64,000 nt of DNA from Planctomycetota bacterium (GCA_965228735.1 OZ245838.1:640001-704000), one strand, 5' to 3'; counted from the stretch's first letter, positions 9,739-20,727 are shown. Notes: a model not told the origin generated them from the sequence alone. A program made the numbers and translations.

Positions 9739-11060
9739 AGGCGCTTCGACGACCGGCGCAGAACGGGGAGGCCGCGACCTGGCGTCTGCCCGTCACCGTG
9801 CTTTCCGGGTTTCTCGGCGCCGGCAAGACGACCGTGCTGCAGCACGTGCTCGACAACCGTGACGGCTTGCGCGTCGCGGTCATCGTCAACGACATGAGCT
9901 CGGTCAACATCGACGCGGCCATCGTCAAGGACGGCGGCGCGGCGCTGCACCGTACGGAAGAGAAGCTCGTGGAGATGGAGAACGGCTGCATCTGCTGCAC
10001 GCTCCGCGAGGACCTGTTGCGCGAGGTCGCGGACCTCGCCAAGGCCGGGCGCTTCGACTACCTGCTGATCGAGTCGACCGGGATCTCCGAGCCGATGCCG
10101 GTCGCCGAGACGTTCACGTTCACCGACGAGGACGGCAACGGGCTGTCCGAGGTCGCGGTGCTCGACACGATGGCGACGGTCGTCGACGCGGGCGCGTTCC
10201 CGCTCGATCTCGGCCGCGGCGAGGAGCTGTGCGAGCGCGGCATCGGCCTCGACGAGACGGACGATCGAACGGTCGACGACCTGCTCGTCGAGCAGGTCGA
10301 GTTCGCCGACGTCCTGATCATCAACAAGGCGGATCGCGTGAGCGCCGAGGAGCTCGGCGCGCTGCAGGCGTTGTTGAAGAAGCTCAACCCGGACGCCGAT
10401 CAGATCGTCACGGAACACGGGCGCGTCGATCCCGCGGCGATCCTGGCCACCGGCAGCTTCGACTTCGACCGCGCGGCGTCGATGCCGGGCTGGATGGCCG
10501 AGGTGCGCGGCAAAGAATCGAGCGAAGCGGACGAGTTCGGCATCACGAGCTTCGTCTATCGCGCGCGGCGGCCGTTCCACCCGCAGCGCTTCCACGAGTT
10601 CATCCAGGACGACTGGCCCGGCGTGCTGCGGAGCAAGGGCTTCGTCTGGCTCGCGACGCGCAACGACTTCGTCGGCATGTGGCACCAGGCCGGCGGCTCG
10701 TGCGCGCTGTCCGGTGCCGGCACCTGGTGGGCCACGGTCGGCCGCGAGGAGTGGCCGGACGATCCGGCGGTCGTCGCCGACATCGAGGCCAACTCGGTCG
10801 AACCGTTCGGCGACCGGCGTCAGGAGGTCGTCGTGATCGGCCGCAACATCGACGAGGCCGATCTGCGGCGGCGGTTCGATCTGTGCCTGCTCGACGACGC
10901 GGAGCTCGCGCTCGGCGTCGAGGGGTGGCAGGCGTTCCCGGACGACCTCATGCCTTGGGTCGCGGACGAGGACGAAGGGGCAGACGAGATCGTCGACCAG
11001 GCGCCCGGGCGCGACGATGGGGGCGAGCCCGAAGCTGCCGCCGAGGCCGCGCAGGGCTGA
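9735..11060 (+). CDS. zigA: COG0523/CobW-family zinc metallochaperone GTPase
   Basis: [27 protein letters not shown], Cob[10 protein letters not shown]; acidic tail. Confidence 0.9.
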   Translation: MKALRRPAQNGEAATWRLPVTVLSGFLGAGKTTVLQHVLDNRDGLRVAVIVNDMSSVNIDAAIVKDGGAALHRTEEKLVEMENGCICCTLREDLLREVADLAKAGRFDYLLIESTGISEPMPVAETFTFTDEDGNGLSEVAVLDTMATVVDAGAFPLDLGRGEELCERGIGLDETDDRTVDDLLVEQVEFADVLIINKADRVSAEELGALQALLKKLNPDADQIVTEHGRVDPAAILATGSFDFDRAASMPGWMAEVRGKESSEADEFGITSFVYRARRPFHPQRFHEFIQDDWPGVLRSKGFVWLATRNDFVGMWHQAGGSCALSGAGTWWATVGREEWPDDPAVVADIEANSVEPFGDRRQEVVVIGRNIDEADLRRRFDLCLLDDAELALGVEGWQAFPDDLMPWVADEDEGADEIVDQAPGRDDGGEPEAAAEAAQG

Positions 11061-11073
11061 GCGCATGACATTT

Positions 11074-11128
11074 GCCACGCCGCGGTGGGCAGGGGATACC
11101 TCGTCTTTCTGCTCCCCGCGGTCGTGGC
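11074..11128. terminator. imperfect hairpin between convergent genes
   Basis: GCCACG-CCGCGG...CCGCGG-T-CGTGGC inverted repeat. Confidence 0.4.
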
Positions 11129-11160
11129 CTTCTTGCCGTGCGGCGCGACGACCGATCGGC

Positions 11161-12477
11161 CTACCAGCGCCCGATCCGCGCGGAGATCGCGTTGCTCGAG
11201 CAGCCGTTGAACGGCGAGAAGTTGAGCTGCACCCCCTGCATGACGGTGCTGGAGTTGATCAGCGTCGTCGAGGTCGGCACCGGCACCGTGAGCGTCGGCG
11301 CGGGGCTTTGGACGGGCGAGATGTCGACGAGCAGCGAGCCCGCGATCGTGGCGATGTTCTGATCGCAGCCGGCCGGCAGGAGCGGGAACTGGAACGGCGG
11401 GGTGGCGGCCGCGCTGTCGAACCCGATGAACAGCGGATTGGCGATCGTGTAGTCGCTGAACGTCAGCGTGAACGACGAGCCGAGCGTGGCCGAGCCGTTC
11501 ACGCCGAGCGTGAACGGGTTGGTGCGGCCGTCGCACACACAGCCGGACCCGACCGACGCGAACTCGGAGACCGCGGCGACGACCGTGAAGTCGGTCGAGG
11601 CGCGACCGCTGAAGATCAACTCGTCGGTCGCGACGTCGTGACCGGCGCTGCGGCAGCGCGAGAGGTCGGCGCCCGGCATCGACGACGGGATCTGGGTCCA
11701 GGCGCCGTCGTAGCGCCAGGCGTCCTGCAGCGGGGGGCCGAGCGGCGGGTAGCCCCCGATCAGGGTCAGGTCGTTCGTGCTCGGCCGGAACCCGAGGGCG
11801 CCCCCGGCGCGCGCCGGCGGGCCGCCGGTCGCCGTCTGGGTCCACGTGACGCCATCGAACTCCCACGTGTCGCCGAGCAGGGTGCCGCCGCTGTCGCCGC
11901 CGAAGATCACGACCGTGTCGGTGCTCGACATGACGCCCATCGCCATGTCGAAGCGCGGTGTCGGGGAAGCGGGCGTCGTGACCTGACTCCAGACGTCGGT
12001 GACCCCATCGAGCACCCACGTCTCGTTGAGCGGAGTGACAGCCGCGTCGTAGCCGCCGAACAGCAGGAGGTCACCGTTGCGCAGGCCGACGATGCGGGCG
12101 GCACCGACCGCGGTCGGGGCGCCGGTCGTCGCCACGACGTTCCATTGGGTGCCGTCGAACTCGTTGAGCGTGGAGCCGTCCCAGAGGACCGCGTTGCCCG
12201 CTCGCGTAGCCGCGACCGGCACCGCGTTGAACGGGATCGAGAACGACGGCGCCGAGGTCAGGGCCCAGTTGCCCGAGCCCGACGTGTCCCACGACCATGT
12301 CTGGGCGCCGTTGGTAGCGATCACGCCGCCCTGGTGGCTCGTGACGTACCAGGTGTCGGGGCCACCGGCCAGGAGTGTCTCCGCGCGGTGGCTGACCTGC
12401 GCTGTGACGTCGGCAGTGATGAAGAGGAGCGATGCGAGTGCGCCACAGGCGCTGATCCGGCGAGCGTGTTGGTTCAT
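11161..12477 (-). CDS. secreted Kelch-like repeat protein
   Basis: Signal peptide; repeats LLLFGG...ETW, VVIFGG...DTWEFDG..W, LIGG...DAWRYDG.W. Confidence 0.85.
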   Translation of the reverse strand: MNQHARRISACGALASLLFITADVTAQVSHRAETLLAGGPDTWYVTSHQGGVIATNGAQTWSWDTSGSGNWALTSAPSFSIPFNAVPVAATRAGNAVLWDGSTLNEFDGTQWNVVATTGAPTAVGAARIVGLRNGDLLLFGGYDAAVTPLNETWVLDGVTDVWSQVTTPASPTPRFDMAMGVMSSTDTVVIFGGDSGGTLLGDTWEFDGVTWTQTATGGPPARAGGALGFRPSTNDLTLIGGYPPLGPPLQDAWRYDGAWTQIPSSMPGADLSRCRSAGHDVATDELIFSGRASTDFTVVAAVSEFASVGSGCVCDGRTNPFTLGVNGSATLGSSFTLTFSDYTIANPLFIGFDSAAATPPFQFPLLPAGCDQNIATIAGSLLVDISPVQSPAPTLTVPVPTSTTLINSSTVMQGVQLNFSPFNGCSSNAISARIGRW

Positions 12478-12743
12478 GTCGGTCCGATCCGCAGGGAACG
12501 CGGGTTCCCATTGGTGTCAGCCCGACTCGATCCGGTTGCAGGAATCGTCCGGAGTCAGCGCCGCGGGCCACGTCGCGCGGCAGGGGTGTTCTGGAGTTCC
12601 AGCTGCCAACGCCACCCGCTGATCGGTTCGTTGTCGAGGCCCTGGGCCACACACGCGTGTGGCGCGAAGATCGCCGCGGGGCTGGACTCGAGGACGCGAT
12701 CAATCACGGAAGCTGCGGGAATCTCGCTTCCCGCGACAGACCA

Positions 12744-13379
12744 CTAGCGCGTCGCGATCCGATAGTACTCGGATACTTCGCCGGGCGACGAAATGGTTGC
12801 GGACAGGTCGCGTAGCAGGCCGTCTTCGATTCCGTAGATCCAGCCGTGGACACTGAGTTCTGCGTCGTTGGCCCATGCGTTCTGAACGGCGGTCGTGTAG
12901 CAGACGTTCTGCACTTGCTCGATGACGTTGAGTTCGCACAGTCGGCGAAACCGATCGTCAGCGTTCGCGATCTCGGCGAGGGCTTGGCCGTGCTTCTCGC
13001 GGACGTCACGGATGTGGCGCAGCCAGTTGTCGATCAGGCCAATCGGGCGACCTTCGCTCGCGGCCTTGACGCCGCCACACCCGTAGTGGCCGCAGACGAT
13101 GATGTGGCGTACCTTGAGCACGGAAACCGCGAACTCGATCACGCTCAAGCAGTTGAAGTCCGTATGGACAACGACGTTCGCGATATTGCGGTGGACGAAG
13201 ACCTCGCCCGGAGCCAGATCGATGATCTGGTTGGCGGGTACGCGGCTGTCCGCGCACCCAATCCAGAGTATATCTGGCGTCTGTTGCTGGGAGAGCCGCT
13301 TGAAGAACTCGGGATCGCTTTCGATCTGCTTGTCAGCCCACTTCCGGTTGTTTTCGAACAGGTGCGGTAGAAGTCGCAT
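12744..13379 (-). CDS. can: beta-class carbonic anhydrase
   Basis: IGCADSRVP, FVHRNIAN, VCGHYGCGG, LCELNV. Confidence 0.95.
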   Translation of the reverse strand: MRLLPHLFENNRKWADKQIESDPEFFKRLSQQQTPDILWIGCADSRVPANQIIDLAPGEVFVHRNIANVVVHTDFNCLSVIEFAVSVLKVRHIIVCGHYGCGGVKAASEGRPIGLIDNWLRHIRDVREKHGQALAEIANADDRFRRLCELNVIEQVQNVCYTTAVQNAWANDAELSVHGWIYGIEDGLLRDLSATISSPGEVSEYYRIATR

Positions 13380-13776
13380 GGCCTGACTGTAGAGGCTCGG
13401 TGCGGCTGCGCTAGACCTCGCCAGGAGTTTCGCAACTCCGCCGGGCGCTCTCATGGCGGCGCCAGAAGTGCGCCGATTCTTGCCTCCACGGGTCGCTCTC
13501 CGACCTCGGCTTACGCGCACAACCGGGCGTGCCCGTGTAGTCCCATGGCATCAGCTCGGGAGCGACGCGGTGACGGACGCGGATGCGGCCGAGCCCACGG
13601 TGCCGTTCGCGGATCGACGAAGGATCGGTCAGCGAGTTCAACGGCTGGTCCACCAAACCCCACGTCAACGAAGCCGGACCAGGGGCGGCGGCGGTTCTCT
13701 CAGCTGTGTGAGCGTGGGCTCGGGTGCCATCGAGGAGCGCACGGCGACGAGTCGAGACTGACCCGCTCGACCCCGC

Positions 13777-14829
13777 TCATTCGGTCGGCTCGTAGCGCGC
13801 CTTGATGCGCGGCACGAGATACTCCGCGAACGCGGTCTCGAGGTCGTGCTTGGGGGCGAAGCCGAAGTCCGCGCGCGCCGGCGAGTCGTCGACGTCGGCC
13901 GGCCACGAGTCGACGATGGCCTGGCGCTGTTCGTCGGGTTCGAACGTGATGTCGGCCTTCGGAAAGTGGTGGCGCACGAGCTCGGCGAACTCGGCCGCGG
14001 TCGGGCTGAAGGCCGTCAGGTTGTAGACCGGGCAACGCAGCTGGTCGCGGTCGGCCGTGGCGAGCGCGAGCGTCGCGCTCACGGCATCGGGCATCGTCAG
14101 GAACGGGATGCGCGTCTCCTCGCGCACGAAGCACGCGTAGCTCTCGCCCTTCGCCGCTGAATGCAGCATCTCGGGCCCGTAGTCGCTCGTGCCGCCGGAC
14201 GGGAGGGTGTCGGCGCTGATGAGGCCCGGGTAGCGCACGCAGCGGAAGTCGACGAGGTCGGGCACGCGGTCCTTCGCGAGCTGCCGATAGTGCCGCATGT
14301 AGTAGCGGCCGAGATGCTCGCAGGCGAGCTTGTTGCAGCCGTACATCGTCGTCGGCATGACGAAGTGGTCCCAGCTCACCTTCGGGTTCTGCGCCTTGGT
14401 CTCGAGGTCGGGCATGCCGAACGCGGCGATCGAGCTCGGGAACACGAACTTGACCGGCACGCCGTGGCTGCGGGCCTGCTCGGCGGCGAGGCGCAGCAGG
14501 CCGAGCGTGCCGCCGACGTTGACGTCGTGGGCGGTCTCGGGCGTGAACTCGGCGCGCGTCGAGAGCAGCGCCGCGAGGTGGTAGATCTCGCGCACCTCGT
14601 ACATCGCGAGCAGCCGACCGAGCAGCATCGCGTCGCAGATGTCGCCGACGACGGTCTGCATGCACATCGACCGGATCTCGCCGTCGAGCTCGCGCAGGTC
14701 GATCGCGACGACGTTGCGGGCCCCGCGGTCGTAGAGGCCACGGATCATCCCTTGGCCGACCTCGCCGCCGGCACCGGTGATCAGGATCGCGTCGGCGCGC
14801 CGGCCGCCCGGGGACATCGATTGTTCCAT
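13777..14829 (-). CDS. NAD-dependent epimerase/SDR, L-threonine 3-dehydrogenase-like
   Basis: ITGAGGEVG, YHLAALLS, PSSIA, MYGCNK (YxxxK), GGTSDY, QAIVDSWP. Confidence 0.85.
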   Translation of the reverse strand: MEQSMSPGGRRADAILITGAGGEVGQGMIRGLYDRGARNVVAIDLRELDGEIRSMCMQTVVGDICDAMLLGRLLAMYEVREIYHLAALLSTRAEFTPETAHDVNVGGTLGLLRLAAEQARSHGVPVKFVFPSSIAAFGMPDLETKAQNPKVSWDHFVMPTTMYGCNKLACEHLGRYYMRHYRQLAKDRVPDLVDFRCVRYPGLISADTLPSGGTSDYGPEMLHSAAKGESYACFVREETRIPFLTMPDAVSATLALATADRDQLRCPVYNLTAFSPTAAEFAELVRHHFPKADITFEPDEQRQAIVDSWPADVDDSPARADFGFAPKHDLETAFAEYLVPRIKARYEPTE

Positions 14830-14903
14830 CCCATGATCGTGGCGCCAAAGGAGCGCGCGGGCCACAGGCAGCTTCGCCGTTCCGCGGGCGTTGCTGCGGG
14901 GCG

Positions 14904-16529
14904 CTATCGCTCCAGCGCGTAGCCGGTGTCCCGCTCGGGCAGGACGACGCGATTGGCGTTCGCGTAGTCGCGCCAGAGTTCGAGCAGCTCGCGCAGCTTC
15001 TCCGGATGTTCAGCGGCGAGATCCCGGGTCTCGGCGGGATCGGCCTCGAGATCGTAGAGCTCCCAGCGCCCCGAACCGTAGGGCGGCCAGAGCCACGCGA
15101 TCTTGTAGCGACCCCGCTGGATCGCGCGGCGGCCGAACAGCTCCCAGCCGACGACGTGATCGGGATCGGGTTCTGGCTCGAGCAGCATGCGGCAGCGCGG
15201 GGCCCGTTCGCCGGTCGCGAGGTGCATGGCCAGGGGGCAGAAGTCGCGCGCCGTGACCGCCGCGTCCGACCGCCCGGGTGCGACCGTTCCCGGCCACGAC
15301 ACGATCGCCGGCACGCGGACACCGCCCTGGGTCGGGAACGACTTGAACAGGCGGAACGGCGCGACGCTCGCCCGCGCCCACCCGGGGCTCAGCCAGCAGT
15401 AGGAGTTCTGCTGTCCGAGGTTCTCGACGCGATTGTCGAAGCGACGCTCGACCCACTCGCCGATGCCCGCGAGGTTGCCGACCGGGTTGCCCTCGGGCCC
15501 GTTGTCGCTGCAGAAGACGATGACGGTGCGCTCGAGCTCGCCCGCGGCGCGCAACGTCGCGAGCAGACGGCCGATGTTGTGATCGAGGTTCTCGACCATC
15601 GCGGCGTAGAGCTCCATCGTCCGGGCCTCGCGGCGTTGGTCGGCGGGCGAGAGCGATGACCATGCGGGCACGAACTCGTTGGGTGCTGGCGCGGGCTGGT
15701 CTGCCGTTGCGATGCCGGCGGCGATGGCGGCCTGCCGTCGTCGCGACCACAGCGCGTCGTAGCCGTCGTCGTAGCGGCCACGATACTTCTCGCTCCACTC
15801 GCTGGGTGCGTGCAGCGGCCAGTGCGGCGCGGTGTAGGCGGCATAGGCGAAGAACGGTCGCCCCGCGTCGCGCGCCTCCGCGAGATACCCGATCAGCTTG
15901 TCGGTGTAGGCGTCCGAGGAGTAGAAGTCCGCGGGCAGCTCCACGGGTCGACCGTCCTCGCGGTAGGGCGCCTTGCCTGGCGCGTCGACCAGTCGGAACG
16001 CGTCGGCGAAATGGCTCGCGCCGCCGGGCAGCAGCGCGAACGAGCGCTCGAAGCCGCGGGCGTGCGGCGCGCATTCGGGCTCGGTGCCGAGATGCCACTT
16101 GCCCGCCATGCACGTGAAGTAGCCGGCCGCCTGCAGCCGTCGGGCGATCGTGTCGCCGGTGGTCATCACGCCTTCGTAGCCCGGCGCGTTGGCCTGCCGC
16201 TCGTCCTGTTCGCCGGCCATCGTGCCGAGCCCGACGCGATGCGGATCCTGCCCCGTCATGAGCATCGCGCGCGTCGGCGAACACGCGGGCGCGACGAGGA
16301 AGTTCGTGAGCAGCAGGCCGGATCGAGCCAGCCGATCGAGATTGGGCGTGCGGATCTCGCTGCCGAACAGACCGAGATCGGTGTAGCCGAGGTCATCGGC
16401 GAGGATGAACAGGATGTTGGGGCGCGTCGCCGCCGCATCGGTGTCGTTCAACCCCGCGCAGGCTGACGAGCAGCCTGACGAGCAGCCCAGTAGGGCGACC
16501 AGCAGCGCGGCGGCGAGAGCCTTCGGCAT
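14904..16529 (-). CDS. arylsulfatase (formylglycine-dependent)
   Basis: RPNILFILADDLG, CSPTRAMLMTG, GKWHLG, SDNG, ELYDLEADP; N-terminal signal. Confidence 0.93.
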   Translation of the reverse strand: MPKALAAALLVALLGCSSGCSSACAGLNDTDAAATRPNILFILADDLGYTDLGLFGSEIRTPNLDRLARSGLLLTNFLVAPACSPTRAMLMTGQDPHRVGLGTMAGEQDERQANAPGYEGVMTTGDTIARRLQAAGYFTCMAGKWHLGTEPECAPHARGFERSFALLPGGASHFADAFRLVDAPGKAPYREDGRPVELPADFYSSDAYTDKLIGYLAEARDAGRPFFAYAAYTAPHWPLHAPSEWSEKYRGRYDDGYDALWSRRRQAAIAAGIATADQPAPAPNEFVPAWSSLSPADQRREARTMELYAAMVENLDHNIGRLLATLRAAGELERTVIVFCSDNGPEGNPVGNLAGIGEWVERRFDNRVENLGQQNSYCWLSPGWARASVAPFRLFKSFPTQGGVRVPAIVSWPGTVAPGRSDAAVTARDFCPLAMHLATGERAPRCRMLLEPEPDPDHVVGWELFGRRAIQRGRYKIAWLWPPYGSGRWELYDLEADPAETRDLAAEHPEKLRELLELWRDYANANRVVLPERDTGYALER

Positions 16530-16572
16530 GCGTGGGATCCTACCGGGGGGTGCGATGGGGAGCGGCCGGCGA

Positions 16573-18267
16573 TCAGCGCGGACCGCCGCCGGTGCCGTTC
16601 GGTAGGTCGGCGAACACCTCGTCGAACGCGAACGTCCGCCACTCGCGATACGGCGCGTCCCACGGCTCACTGCGCATCGACGCGACGGCGACGTCGAACT
16701 CGCGCTGGTCGGGGCGCGTGATCACGCTGTGCTCGGTGGTGCCGTGCGCGACCGTTTGCAGCAGCTCGCGCATCTGCAGGGTGCCGACCTTCTGGCCCGT
16801 GCGCGCCCAGCTCGCGAGCTTCTGGCCGCCGGCTTCGTAGCGCCAGCGCGACGAGAACGACGGGGTGCGGCCGAAGTAGGTGCCCGGCCGATCGGGGTCG
16901 GCGCCGTAGACGTGGTGGTGGTTGCTCGCGAGGATCGCGTGCTCGAGCCGTGGCGCGACCTGCATCGGCAGGCGTGAGGCGTGGCCGAAGCGGTCGCCTT
17001 CGAGCACCCAGGCGGGGGCCGAGTACGGCCTGTTCGGGCTTGGGCGATTCGGGGTCGCGAACAGCACGATGCAGCCGGCGTTGCACGCGCCGCCGCGGCT
17101 GTTGCCGTTCTCTTGCAGGATGCGTTCGAAGTCGACGGGGCCCGCCGTTGCGTCGAGCGTGGCGAGCGCCTGGCGCTGGGACCACGAGATCGCGACCATG
17201 TCCTCGACGACGGGTCCCGGACCCGTGCCACCGGCGTTCTCCATGCAGTGCAGGCCGTGCTCGTTGAAGCCGGTCAGCGTGCCGACGAACCCAGGCCACA
17301 TCATCGACACGTAGCGATGCTGGTCAGGCTCGCTCGGTGCGACCGCGAAGAGCACGAAGTGGCTGACGGTGACGCGGCGCAGGTCGATCTCGCCGTCCAT
17401 GTTGCGGCCCGCGATCGTGCCGCCGTCGACGTCGGTGCCCGCCGTGCGGTCGCCCCAGCAAGCAAACTGCGTGCAGCTCGAACGCATCGCGCGCGTGCCG
17501 ATGTAGGCGTTGATCGCCATGAGCTCGGTCAGGCCGAACGGGCGGCCGAGCTCGGGGACGCGCAGGTCGCAGCCGCTCGCCTGCATGCCTTCGAGGACGC
17601 CCTCGAGCTCGGTGCGCAGCGGCGCGGGCCAGCGGAAGTTGGACTGCAAGAACGCGGCGAATCGTTCGTAGGCCGCGGCCGTGCGCAGCCGGTCTTCGAG
17701 CAGGTAACAGCGGAAGAAGTCGACGATCTGCGGGGCGAGCAGCTGGCCGTGGGCAAGGCCGCGTTGCCTCGCGTCGCCGGCCAGCTGGACGATCGGCAGG
17801 CCCTTGCGCCAGCGCAGCGCGCCGTGCGCGACGACGCGGTCGGTGCGCGGCAGGTGGGTCGGCGCGCGCAGCGTGATCGGTGCGGTGGGGGTGTCGGCGG
17901 ACACGCGGCGATGCCAGCCGCACGGCTCGGGCACCGCGGGCGACCACGCGCCGTCGCCGTTCGTGTCGACGAACGCAAACAGCGCGTGCGGTCCGTCCTC
18001 GACGTCAGCGGTGAACTGCAGGCTGCCGTCGTCGCGGCGCTCGGCCCGCACGGTCACATCCGCAGCCCGCGAGAACAGCTCGAGCTTGCCGAGGTCGACG
18101 ACGGCGCCGTTCTGCCGCACGTGCAGTCGCCGGAGCTCGACGACGATCGCCCCGTCAGCTGCGCGTTCGAGCTCCAGCTCGCCGCGCACCGTCGACTGCG
18201 CTGTTGCCGGTGCCAGGAGTGTGATGCCGACCGTGGCGATCGCGAGCCTGCGTGCTGTCGCTGCCAT
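16573..18267 (-). CDS. secreted C45-family (Ntn hydrolase) peptidase/acyltransferase
   Basis: RGLAHG, autocleavage SSCTQF, GRNMD, TGFNEHGL; signal peptide. Confidence 0.8.
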   Translation of the reverse strand: MAATARRLAIATVGITLLAPATAQSTVRGELELERAADGAIVVELRRLHVRQNGAVVDLGKLELFSRAADVTVRAERRDDGSLQFTADVEDGPHALFAFVDTNGDGAWSPAVPEPCGWHRRVSADTPTAPITLRAPTHLPRTDRVVAHGALRWRKGLPIVQLAGDARQRGLAHGQLLAPQIVDFFRCYLLEDRLRTAAAYERFAAFLQSNFRWPAPLRTELEGVLEGMQASGCDLRVPELGRPFGLTELMAINAYIGTRAMRSSCTQFACWGDRTAGTDVDGGTIAGRNMDGEIDLRRVTVSHFVLFAVAPSEPDQHRYVSMMWPGFVGTLTGFNEHGLHCMENAGGTGPGPVVEDMVAISWSQRQALATLDATAGPVDFERILQENGNSRGGACNAGCIVLFATPNRPSPNRPYSAPAWVLEGDRFGHASRLPMQVAPRLEHAILASNHHHVYGADPDRPGTYFGRTPSFSSRWRYEAGGQKLASWARTGQKVGTLQMRELLQTVAHGTTEHSVITRPDQREFDVAVASMRSEPWDAPYREWRTFAFDEVFADLPNGTGGGPR

Positions 18268-18369
18268 GGCACGGACTGTCGATCGACAGCGCGCACCGGT
18301 CAAGTCGGACGAACCGTTGTTACCTCGCCTCGACGAACCGTGGTCTGCGGGCGCACGCGCGACGAGTTC

Positions 18370-19641
18370 TCAGGGCCTCTCTTCTCCGGCATAGGGGGCA
18401 TGCCAGGGCCGCACGTCGACGCTGCCGTCGGTGCGCACGCCGACGCGATAGCGCTGCGGCCAGTTGTGATGCTTGTAGAGGTTGGCGTGGTGGATGCCGA
18501 TCACGTGCTCGCCGGCCCCCTCGGCCAGACCGTCGCCGCTCGCCGTCAGCGTCTTGCTCGCCGGGTCGTACTCCACGTCGAGGCGTTTGCCGTCGCACGT
18601 CACCGTCATCGTGGAGGACAGGATCCGCTGCCGGTCGCTGCCCCACCAGCCGGGCAGGCCGTCGTCGAGCACGGTCGAGACGGCGATGCGCCCGCCCTGC
18701 AACTTTGCGGTCGGGGTCGTCTGGGTCGGGCGGCCGCCGTAGGCGTACTCCACAAGCCCGAGGTAGATCGCGTAGGCCTCGCGCAGGTTGTAGAGGCCGT
18801 CGCGCAGGCGCTGCTCTTCTTGCGGGTGCGAGAAGAACGACGACTCGATGAGGAACGCCGGCACGCGGGCGTGCCGCAGCACCGCGAACCCGCGGCGGTA
18901 CATCTGCTGGTCGCTCATGAGCACCGAGGTGATGCCCGTGCCGGAGTTTCGCAGCTCGGCGCCGAGGCGATGCCCGACCGCGAGCGCCGCGTCGAGCGCG
19001 ACCTCGGACCAGTCCGCCTCGCCGTGGAACCAGATGCTCGGGTAGTTGGCCGTGGGTTTGCTCGCCGCGTTGTGGTGCAGGCTGATGAACAGATCCGCGC
19101 CGACGCCGCCGTCGGGCCGTTCCGCGACGTTGGCGATCGCGGCGCGGCGCGCGTGCGTGTCCTTCAATCGGTCATCGGCCGCAGCGCTCGTCTCGCCCTC
19201 GCGCGTCAGCAGCACCTCGGCGCCGGCGTCTTGCAACAGCCGTCGCAGCAGCTTGGCAACGCGCAGGTTCATCTCCGCTTCGCGCACACCGGTGGGGCCG
19301 CGCTTGTAGCCCTCGACATCGGCTTTCCCGCCGTGGCCGGGATCGAGCACGATGACCTGGCCCGCGAGATACTTCTCCGCGGGATGGCGCGGCACGCGGA
19401 GCGGACGGCCGTGATCTTCCCAGGTATGTTCGTCCCGGGCCTCCAGCACTGCCATCGCGCGCGCGAGGTCGGCGGGCTCCCAACCGTCGGCGGTCACGTC
19501 GCGCAGGTGACTGGCGGGCTCCAGCGCCGGCGTCGGTGGGCAGGCGCACGACCCGAACAGGTGGGCGACGAGCAGAACGAGGGCGGCCGGTGTAGCGCTG
19601 CACGCTCTTGCGGCACGGGTGCGACGGCTGTCGGTTTGCAT
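18370..19641 (-). CDS. N-acetylmuramoyl-L-alanine amidase (Amidase_3)
   Basis: IVLDPGHGG, EAEMNL, LTRE, DLFISLHHNA, PAFLIE. Confidence 0.9.
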   Translation of the reverse strand: MQTDSRRTRAARACSATPAALVLLVAHLFGSCACPPTPALEPASHLRDVTADGWEPADLARAMAVLEARDEHTWEDHGRPLRVPRHPAEKYLAGQVIVLDPGHGGKADVEGYKRGPTGVREAEMNLRVAKLLRRLLQDAGAEVLLTREGETSAAADDRLKDTHARRAAIANVAERPDGGVGADLFISLHHNAASKPTANYPSIWFHGEADWSEVALDAALAVGHRLGAELRNSGTGITSVLMSDQQMYRRGFAVLRHARVPAFLIESSFFSHPQEEQRLRDGLYNLREAYAIYLGLVEYAYGGRPTQTTPTAKLQGGRIAVSTVLDDGLPGWWGSDRQRILSSTMTVTCDGKRLDVEYDPASKTLTASGDGLAEGAGEHVIGIHHANLYKHHNWPQRYRVGVRTDGSVDVRPWHAPYAGEERP

Positions 19642-19652
19642 TGCCGGTCATG

Positions 19653-19816
19653 CTAGTGCCATGAACCGGAAGTCACCTTGCAGTTCGCGGGCCCTTCACG
19701 CCCCTGGCTGCGTCGCGCGTCCTCGGCGTATCCACCGATACTCCTGCGGATCGCTCCTTGCCAGGAACGCGAATGACCTCGCGATCTCCAACGTGACTTC
19801 CGGTACACGGCACTAG
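19653..19816. mobile_element. 164-bp MITE / internally deleted IS630-like element
   Basis: 37-bp terminal inverted repeats (32/37 identical) beginning CTAGTGCC; one end reads ...[11 protein letters not shown] like IS630 transposase C-termini; no transposase. Confidence 0.7.
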
Positions 19817-19857
19817 TCCGGTTAGGGTTGGTTCGTCATGATCAACATCGGACTGCC

Positions 19858-20727
19858 ATGAAGCGGATCCTCGACTCGATCTCCGGCAACTCGCAGAAGC
19901 TCGACGGCGGCGCGATGTTCGGCAATGCGCCGCGCGCCATGTGGCAGGCGTGGGCGCCGCCGGACGAGCACAACCGCATCGACCTCGCGTGTCGGGCGCT
20001 GCTGATCCGCGAGGAGGGCGGCCGCACGATCCTCTGCGAGGCGGGCATCGGCGCGTTCTTCGAGCCGGCGCTGCGCGAACGGTTCGGGGTGCAGGAGGCG
20101 GAGCACGTGTTGCTCGACAACCTGGCCGCGCGTGGCATCCAGCCCGACGACATCGACATCGTGGTGCTCAGCCACCTGCACTTCGATCACGCCGGCGGGG
20201 TCCTGACGGCATGGCGCGAAGGGCAGGAGCCGGAGCTGGCGTTCCGAAACGCGGCGTACGTGGTCGGGAGAGCGGCGTTCGAACGCGCGCAGCGGCCGCA
20301 TCCGCGCGATCGCGCGAGCTTCATCCCGGAGCTGCCGGGGCTGCTCGAAGCGACCGGCCGGCTCGAGCTGGTCGACGGCGAGACCAGCACCACGCTCGGG
20401 GCCGGTTACCGCTTCCATCCGAGCGACGGCCACACCCCTGGCATGCTGCTGCTCGAGGTGGCGTGCGACGGCGGTCCGGTCGTGTTCGCCGCGGACCTGG
20501 TCCCCGGCATTCCGTGGGTCCGGCGGGCGATCACGATGGGCTACGACCGCTATCCGGAGCGGTTGATCGACGAGAAGATCGCGTTGCTCGAGGATCTCGA
20601 GTCCCGCGGTGGGCGACTGTTCTTCACCCACGACACGAGTTGCGCGCTGGCGGCAGTCACGCGCGACGGCAAGGGGCGGATCGTGACGGGTGAGTGCGTC
20701 GGCGAGCTGCGCGGCATGGAGGCGTGA
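19858..20727 (+). CDS. MBL-fold metallo-hydrolase (YtnP-like)
   Basis: [30 protein letters not shown]. Confidence 0.9.
   Translation: MKRILDSISGNSQKLDGGAMFGNAPRAMWQAWAPPDEHNRIDLACRALLIREEGGRTILCEAGIGAFFEPALRERFGVQEAEHVLLDNLAARGIQPDDIDIVVLSHLHFDHAGGVLTAWREGQEPELAFRNAAYVVGRAAFERAQRPHPRDRASFIPELPGLLEATGRLELVDGETSTTLGAGYRFHPSDGHTPGMLLLEVACDGGPVVFAADLVPGIPWVRRAITMGYDRYPERLIDEKIALLEDLESRGGRLFFTHDTSCALAAVTRDGKGRIVTGECVGELRGMEA

Noticed and set aside
13411..13668. ORF containing ELMPWDY, resembling an IS66 transposase C-terminus
   Set aside because: Only a 7-residue resemblance, and the nearby GTAAGC motif is in the wrong orientation for a right end
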